DNA of 63,728 nt, filler included, from Thraustochytrium aureum (lineage: Eukaryota), in NCBI GenBank assembly GCA_012862495.1. It is 4 parts of 3 records of this genome, joined end to end, with 100 filler letters (N's around TTAATTAATTAA, not from the genome) between each part and the next. Parts side by side here need not be neighbours in the genome. Positions count along the whole stretch, not along the records: positions 44,701 to 61,648 come from BLSG01000375.1; positions 61,749 to 63,728 come from BLSG01000385.1; 2 more parts are not named here. One strand, given 5' to 3'. The position numbers and the translations under genes are program-made. This document shows, piece by piece, positions 57,301 through 63,728 of the stretch. The notes under the pieces were generated by a model. It did no database searches. It saw only the letters and a list, made by a program, of their open reading frames with translations, and was not told the DNA's origin. The stretch's first letter is position 1. The number at the start of each line of letters is the position of its first letter.

Positions 57301-58916
57301 GCGTCCTTGACGTGTACGAGCTCGAGGGCTGCGAGCAGACCATCGTGTCTGTGGGCGGCCAAATCCCCAACAACCTGGCCCTCCCGCTCTACGAGAACAA
57401 CGTCAAGATCGCCGGAACCAGCCCGCTCATGATCGACAACGCCGAGGACCGCGACAAGTTTAGCGCCACTGTCGACGCTGCGGGCATCGACCAGCCCGAC
57501 TGGAGCAAGCTCAGCACCGTCGAGGAGGCCTTTGACTTTGCGGACCGCGTCGGCTACCCCGTGCTTTGCCGCCCGAGCTACGTGCTCAGCGGTGCCGCCA
57601 TGGCCGTCGCCTACACGCCCGGCGAGCTTGCCCGCAACCTCGAGCTTGCCGGCGAGGTCTCGAAGGAGCACCCCGTCGTGCTCTCCAAGTACATCGAGAA
57701 CGCCCTCGAGATCGACATGGACTGCGTCGCCGCCAACGGCGAGGTTGTCGCGCACACCATCGCCGAGCACGTCGAGAAGGCTGGCGTCCACTCGGGCGAC
57801 GCCACGNNNNNNNNNNNNNNNNNNNNNNNNNNNNNNNNNNNNNNNNNNNNNNNNNNNNNNNNNNNNNNNNNNNNNNNNNNNNNNNNNNNNNNNNNNNNNN
57901 NNNNNNNNNNNNNNNNNNNNNNNNNNNNNNNNNNNNNNNNNNNNNNNNNNNNNNNNNNNNNNNNNNNNNNNNNNNNNNNNNNNNNNNNNNNNNNNNNNNN
58001 NNNNNNNNNNNNNNNNNNNNNNNNNNNNNNNNNNNNNNNNNNNNNNNNNNNNNNNNNNNNNNNNNNNNNNNNNNCATCGCCAAGGCGTTCGAGATCTCGG
58101 GCCCCTTCAACATGCAGCTCATCGCCAGCGAGGACGGCCGCGTGCGGATCATCGAGGCCAACCTGCGCGCCTCGCGGAGCTTTCCGTTCTCCTCCAAGAC
58201 CGTGGGCGGCGACTTTATCGAGGCCGCCACCTCGATCATGGTTGGCTCGGGCGTGCCTGCCTGGGCCAAGGAGAAGGGCCTGGGCCTCGACGGCCAGGGC
58301 TCGTACCCCAAGACCTACATGGGCTGCAAGGTCCCCATGTTTTCCTTCAAGCGCCTCCAGGGCGCCGACCCGACCCTGGGGAGTGGAAATGCAGTCCACC
58401 GGCGAGGTCGCTTGCTACGGCACCTCGAAGGAGGAGGCCTTCCTCAAGTCCATGATCTCCACCCTGCAGATCACGGTGCCCAAGAACAAGACGCTGCTGA
58501 TCTCGGTCCAGGACCGCCTGCTCCCAGACTTTAAGGAGTCGCTCCAGGAGCTCGCTGCCAACGGGTACAAGCTGTACGCCACCGAGAAGACTGCGGCGTA
58601 CATCAAGGAGCTGGGCCTCCCGGTCACTGCTCTGCACTGGAAGGAGTCCGGCCAGAAGCCCTCGATTGAGGAGACCCTGCTCAGCGGCGACATTGACCAG
58701 GTCTTCATGTTTGCCAACAACCTCTCCAAGCGCACCGAGACCAACTACAACATCCGCCGCTTGGCCACCGACTACGGCGTGCCGCTCATCACCAACCTCG
58801 AGGTGGGCGCCATGCTCGCCAAGTCGTACTGCCTCAGCGACCAGGGCAAGCTCACGCTCGAGCCCAAGAAGCTTGTCGAGTACTACGAAGTCGAGAAGGC
58901 TAGCAAGAAGCTCTAA
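54330..58916 (+). CDS. Carbamoyl-phosphate synthetase, fused small and large subunits, mitochondrial CPS I/III type; two gaps, frameshifts near 57005 and 58380
   Basis: Presequence [13 protein letters not shown]..., [51 protein letters not shown]-like tail; no DHOase/ATCase (CAD) domains follow. Confidence 0.95.
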
Positions 58917-59456
58917 AATAATGCCTGGATGAGAGCGATTTGAGAACGAACTCACGTCAGGTTTATCTTGCGTGGCGTGGCGCGCAGCGCGCGTTCTGGC
59001 TCGCTGATGATGGGCCGGAGAGGTCCCGAAGGAAAAACTTGTTCGGTACTGATTTGATTTGCGTATGTATGTGTAGTGATTGATTGGCGTCTCTGTTTTG
59101 ATGCTGCGGCTGCTTGTCGTCAGCATCGCGGCGATTGGCTCGCGGGAGCGAGTTGGCGTTGCCTCCCGAATCCCCTAGCTCCGCTGACCGGCCGCCAAAC
59201 TCGTATCCGTTCCGTGCTGGGACAGGCAGGCATGGGCAAGGCAGCCCGCACGCGTGTTGTTGTCGTTGGTGTTGCTTAGGATGCGTTCGTTCACAGTCAA
59301 CTCGCCCCGCCGGGAAAGCTGGCAGCGGCCAGCCAGACCAGATGCGGGCGCCAGCTCCCCAAAGATGATGCCAGTCATCGCTCTGTTGCCAGCGGAAAAC
59401 GCTTGAGATGGGCGGGGGGAGGAGGAGGGGCTCGCACTTGTCGTCGCGCTTGGGCC

Positions 59457-61310
59457 TCAATCCGTCTCGGGGACCTGCTCGGTGGAGGGCGCCTGCGTCT
59501 GCTCGAGCTGCCCGTCCCCACGGCGCTTGTGCTCTTGCATAATGCGCATCACCTTCTCGGTATGCTCCTTGCAGCTTGAGACACGCTCGGAGAGGAGAGC
59601 GTCCCTTTGGTTTTGGACGGCGGACTGCTTGCGGCGAAAGTCTTCTGGGCTCCTGAGCGCCGATGCAAACTGCTGCGCGTGCGTGTCGAGCTTCTTGCGG
59701 AGCCCCTCCGGCACGCTGGGCGACTCGACGCGCTCGTCGTCCAGGCCGAGGAACTGCACGTTGTTGCTCTCGAACTCCTTCTTCAGGTTNNNNNNNNNNN
59801 NNNNNNNNNNNNNNNNNNNNNNNNNNNNNNNNNNNNNNNNNNNNNNNNNNNNNNNNNNNNNNNNNNNNNNNNNNNNNNNNNNNNNNNNNNNNNNNNNNNN
59901 NNNNNNNNNNNNNNNNNNNNNNNNNNNNNNNNNNNNNNNNNNNNNNNNNNNNNNNNNNNNNNNNNNNNNNNNNNNNNNNNNNNNNNNNNNNNNNNNNNNN
60001 NNNNNNNNNNNNNNNNNNNNNNNNNNNNNNNNNNNNNNNNNNNNNNNNNNNNNNNNNNNNNNNNNNNNNNNNNNNNNNNNNNNNNNNNNNNNNNNNNNNN
60101 NNNNNNNNNNNNNNNNNNNNNNNNNNNNNNNNNNNNNNNNNNNNNNNNNNNNNNNNNNNNNNNNNNNNNNNNNNNNNNNNNNNNNNNNNNNNNNNNNNNN
60201 NNNNNNNNNNNNNNNNNNNNNNNNNNNNNNNNNNNNNNNNNNNNNNNNNNNNNNNNNNNNNNNNNNNNNNNNNNNNNNNNNNNNNNNNNNNNNNNNNNNN
60301 NNNNNNNNNNNNNNNNNNNNNNNNNNNNNNNNNNNNNNNNNNNNNNNNNNNNNNNNNNNNNNNNNNNNNNNNNNNNNNNNNNNNNNNNNNNNNNNNNNNN
60401 NNNNNNNNNNNNNNNNNNNNNNNNNNNNNNNNNNNNNNNNNNNNNNNNNNNNNNNNNNNNNNNNNNNNNNNNNNNNNNNNNNNNNNNNNNNNNNNNNNNN
60501 NNNNNNNNNNNNNNNNNNNNNNNNNNNNNNNNNNNNNNNNNNNNNNNNNNNNNNNNNNNNNNNNNNNNNNNNNNNNNNNNNNNNNNNNNNNNNNNNNNNN
60601 NNNNNNNNNNNNNNNNNNNNNNNNNNNNNNNNNNNNNNNNNNNNNNNNNNNNNNNNNNNNNNNNNNNNNNNNNNNNNNNNNNNNNNNNNNNNNNNNNNNN
60701 CACCCAGCAATCGCGACTGCCGGCGCAGCGCAGCGCCAGACTCCTTGTCGGCGAGCGGCGTGCCGGCCGCGTAGGTGGACTCGAGCTGCTCCAGGCGGCG
60801 CTGGAGCCGTGCGGGGAGCTCGACGGGCTTTTTCTCCCTCAGGTTGGAGGGCACGCAGTTGCCCAGAAGCGTCATGTTCTTCTCGTACTCTTTCTTGCGC
60901 TCGCGCACTACCTCGCACTTTTCGTCGTGCACTTTGGCGTCTTCCACCTTGGCCTTGAGCATCTGCTCGTGCTTTTGCTCGGCCTGCATCTCCTTCTTGA
61001 GGATCTGCTCCGGCGACGGCCGGCCTGGCAGCGAGGCTAGGCGTTTTTGCAGTCGCTCCGGCAGCCTTGGCTGCGAGGGCGACTTGACCGCAACCGCCTT
61101 GGCCGTGTTCTTGGCCTGCGCGCCCAGCTGGTTGCCGAGCAGCGTCTTGTTCTCCTCTCCGCCGTTCTGGTTGCCGCTTTTCCGCTTGGTCGGCGTGCCT
61201 GGCTTGCGTTCCGTCAGCAAGTTGATCGGCTCCTGCTGCAGGCCCTGCATCTTGGCATTGGGCTGCCCCATCTCTGCCGAAAGCTCAACAAAGAAGCACT
61301 TCGATCCCAT
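59457..61310 (-). CDS. Repetitive charged coiled-coil protein with stathmin-like repeats; large gap, start uncertain
   Basis: Coding-like frames on both sides of the gap share LPxRLQxRL / VPEGLRKKL and SPEx..K..A..K/R...H.EK motifs. Confidence 0.6.
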   Translation of the reverse strand: MGSKCFFVELSAEMGQPNAKMQGLQQEPINLLTERKPGTPTKRKSGNQNGGEENKTLLGNQLGAQAKNTAKAVAVKSPSQPRLPERLQKRLASLPGRPSPEQILKKEMQAEQKHEQMLKAKVEDAKVHDEKCEVVRERKKEYEKNMTLLGNCVPSNLREKKPVELPARLQRRLEQLESTYAAGTPLADKESGAALRRQSRLLGXXXXXXXXXXXXXXXXXXXXXXXXXXXXXXXXXXXXXXXXXXXXXXXXXXXXXXXXXXXXXXXXXXXXXXXXXXXXXXXXXXXXXXXXXXXXXXXXXXXXXXXXXXXXXXXXXXXXXXXXXXXXXXXXXXXXXXXXXXXXXXXXXXXXXXXXXXXXXXXXXXXXXXXXXXXXXXXXXXXXXXXXXXXXXXXXXXXXXXXXXXXXXXXXXXXXXXXXXXXXXXXXXXXXXXXXXXXXXXXXXXXXXXXXXXXXXXXXXXXXXXXXXXXXXXXXXXXXXXXXXXXXXXXXXXXXXXXXXXXXXXXXNLKKEFESNNVQFLGLDDERVESPSVPEGLRKKLDTHAQQFASALRSPEDFRRKQSAVQNQRDALLSERVSSCKEHTEKVMRIMQEHKRRGDGQLEQTQAPSTEQVPETD

Positions 61311-61648
61311 CGGCGGCTGCCGCCTCCCTTCCAGCCGCCGCCCGCGAGCCAGCCCGTCCAGCGGCGCGACCCCAAACCGCCGTCCACGCGACCACCAGCG
61401 ACTACTGCCTTCGCCCCTGCGCCGACCGCTGCGCTCCGTGTGCTCCGTGCGCTCCGCGCGCTCCGTGCGCCCTTGCCTTTCGTCGTGCGCTTCGTGCCGT
61501 TCGTGCCTGCCTGCCTGCCTCCTGCTGCTGCTGCTGCTGCTGCTCGATGCTCTTCTGCCGCGATGCTGGAGCATTGCACAGCGGCGAGAAGCAAGTAAAA
61601 GCAAGCGCGCCAACGTCCCAACGTCCCCAAAAACACCAGCCCTTCCTC

Positions 61649-61748
61649 NNNNNNNNNNNNNNNNNNNNNNNNNNNNNNNNNNNNNNNNNNNNTTAATTAA
61701 TTAANNNNNNNNNNNNNNNNNNNNNNNNNNNNNNNNNNNNNNNNNNNN
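61649..61748. other. Artificial scaffold spacer N44-TTAATTAATTAA-N44
   Basis: Linker at 61693-61704. Confidence 0.95.
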
Positions 61749-63073
61749 TGCACGCGGGGGCGCAGAGCCCGACTCGCGTGTTCTTGCGCTGCTTTCCGAC
61801 CCGGTTGGGAGCAGAGTCTTGTTGAAAGCTGCCCGTGACGACCCGCGGGGGGACGTTCGCTGTGCCCGCGCTCTCAGCATCGCGCCTTTCGTGGCTTGCT
61901 TGGGCGATTTGCACCCGGTTCGCGCTGCTTGGAGCGATTTCGTGGCGTCTATCTGACCCAACACCACGCCAAGCTCGGTTGCCGGGCCGAGCTCGGAGAA
62001 CCGACGAGATCCGAGCTGCTTGAGCTGGCAGGTCCAGAGTGCTGCCGGCGCCCGGGCGACCGCCGCCACTGGTTGCCGACATATGTAGCAACACAAGTGA
62101 TTTACATTTTCTACCTCTAGAGGGTGCTTTTGCGCGCAAAAATGAACGAGACACGACCTGCTTGATTCTTCGGCGGCGGTGGGGCATGCAGGCTACGTCT
62201 GGGCATCTCCGGTTGCTCGCTCCATCAGGAGGTTGCTGGGTCCGCGGCGGGCGATCGGCATCACGGACGTTTCGCGTCAACGTCAGTCCAGATCGGAAGG
62301 CCTTCATTCGTCAGCCTCTTCGCCATCTTTAGACTTTTTGGTTGTCCGTCCGGTTCCAGCGGGGCTGCTCTGAGAGCAAGCTCTTCAGCACGCGGCCTCC
62401 GTCGCCGGCAGAGATGTCCCGTCACAGGCTGCCTTTTCTCAATTACATTTTCTGAACTGACGTTGGTGGGCGTTCCCTCAATTGACTGGCCGCCGAGGCG
62501 TCTGGCTGTGCCAACTCGTATCGCGCCTGGCTGCGCCAGCTCGTAGCACGGGCTGACGATTGCCTGGCGGGAACCGAGAAGCTCGGCTCGGGGTTGAACC
62601 AAGAGCAGCAGGGTGGCGGTAGTCGAGCTCTCACAGTGTGGCAGCAGGGCTGCGAATTCTGCAGCGGCTCTTCCGCGCTGCAAGCAAGTCGCCAGCCGCC
62701 GGCGCCCGGGCGTCGCCCTGACGGCCAAACAAGCACAAGAACAACATCAAGCAGGACTCGGAATGGGGCAAACGGTCGCGCGAACAAACTCGCCAATGAA
62801 TCAAAGAGGCGACCAGTCCGGAGCGAAACGCCCCAGTCGCGCCTCGCCACGGCGAAAAGGCAATCAGACTCAACAAACGCCCGGGCAGAAGTGCAAAGGT
62901 GAAAATGACATGTTGACTAGAACGCCAATTGCGCGGTTGGACGCTTGCGCAAGCGCACCGGCCCTCGCCAGAGCGCGTGAAACGCGAAGCGACACGCCAC
63001 AGCGCCCTCCACTCCAAAAATAGATGGCGCTTCCCGCCACGATGTCCAAGCCACAAGTCGCAAGTCGAATCGT

Positions 63074-63358
63074 CTACTCGGCCTTGATGCTGCGCTTGTG
63101 CGAGACCGCCTTGGTGCCCTCGCGGAAGCCGTTCTTGAAGCGGCGCGGCATGGTCTTGAGGTGCTTCATGCGGCCAGTGCCGTCGGTGCGGCGGCGGAGG
63201 GCCTTGATGCTCCAGTTATACCTCCGCATCTTCGTGGACGGATAGCTGCAGGACGCGCACTGCGCCTTCTGCACGTGGTACGACGACCGCCCGCATCGCC
63301 GGCACACCACGTGGGTCTTGTTGTGCCGCTGCCCAAACGCCTGCGTGCCCTTCGTCAT
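63074..63358 (-). CDS. RPL37: 60S ribosomal protein L37 (eL37)
   Basis: [45 protein letters not shown]. Confidence 0.97.
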   Translation of the reverse strand: MTKGTQAFGQRHNKTHVVCRRCGRSSYHVQKAQCASCSYPSTKMRRYNWSIKALRRRTDGTGRMKHLKTMPRRFKNGFREGTKAVSHKRSIKAE

Positions 63359-63728
63359 CCTGCCTCTGCGCGCGACGCCCTGCCTGCCTGCCTGCCTGCC
63401 TGCTGCACTGTCGCCCTGGCTCCGCTTGCAGCTCTACACGCCCTCCGCCCTCGTGCTCCTCTGCTCTCTCTCTCTGCTGCTCTGCCACCCAACTCCAAAC
63501 ACGCACCCGCCAACCATCGAATGGCGCCGCTGGGCTGGGCAAAACTAGGGTAGGCTTACGAACACCAACGAACGTCCGCGCATTCAAGGGAACACCGTGT
63601 GCGCGACTTCTGCGGAAGAACAGAGGAGCGCTCGCCGCAGCATCGAAAGAACGACTCGGAACGACGCGGAGAGAAAGAACGCAGCGAACAAAGGAGAACA
63701 CAGCTGCCTCTTTTTCGAGTGGTTTATT

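Noticed and set aside
480..58390. Genome-wide programmed frameshifting or insertional RNA editing as the cause of the broken ORFs
   Set aside because: The indels go in both directions, share no slippery motif, mostly lie in short homopolymer runs, and a 454 linker is present, so sequencing error is far more likely
58900..58916. CPS C-terminus SKKL as a peroxisomal PTS1
   Set aside because: The terminal tripeptide KKL is non-canonical, and the N-terminus looks mitochondrial
61749..63060. Several 100-200 aa ORFs downstream of RPL37
   Set aside because: No recognisable motifs or coding-like composition; treated as intergenic

Overview
GC-rich, gene-dense, intron-poor eukaryotic DNA, most likely a heterotrophic stramenopile such as a thraustochytrid (inferred from gene content, not proven). 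It comes from a draft assembly: many N gaps, three artificial N44-TTAATTAATTAA-N44 spacers dividing the window into four scaffold pieces, a leftover 454 paired-end loxP linker, and about a dozen single-base indels, mostly in short homopolymer runs, that frameshift otherwise intact genes. About 28 protein-coding genes can be supported. Well-recognised ones are lumazine synthase, a TRIM/RBCC protein, a bZIP factor, VAMP7, HMCES/SRAP, ubiquilin, a bacterial-type lipase, FolC, a class I HDAC (2 introns), PP1 (1 intron), MRPS6, a USP-DUSP, an ARG5,6 fusion, a CPS I/III-type carbamoyl-phosphate synthetase and RPL37. I recognised no tRNA, rRNA, CRISPR array or intact transposon. The most interesting observations are: (1) a head-to-head pair of mitochondrial arginine-pathway genes, a NAGK-NAGPR fusion lacking DUF619 and a CPS with a NAG-type allosteric domain; (2) a FYRN/FYRC-like domain fused to an SCaMC-like EF-hand module; (3) a surface protein carrying a bacterial PilY1-associated-like domain; (4) a TRIM ligase ending in a CaaX box; (5) a membrane-anchored family I.5/I.6 lipase. 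All family calls come from motif recognition by eye; no database searches were run.
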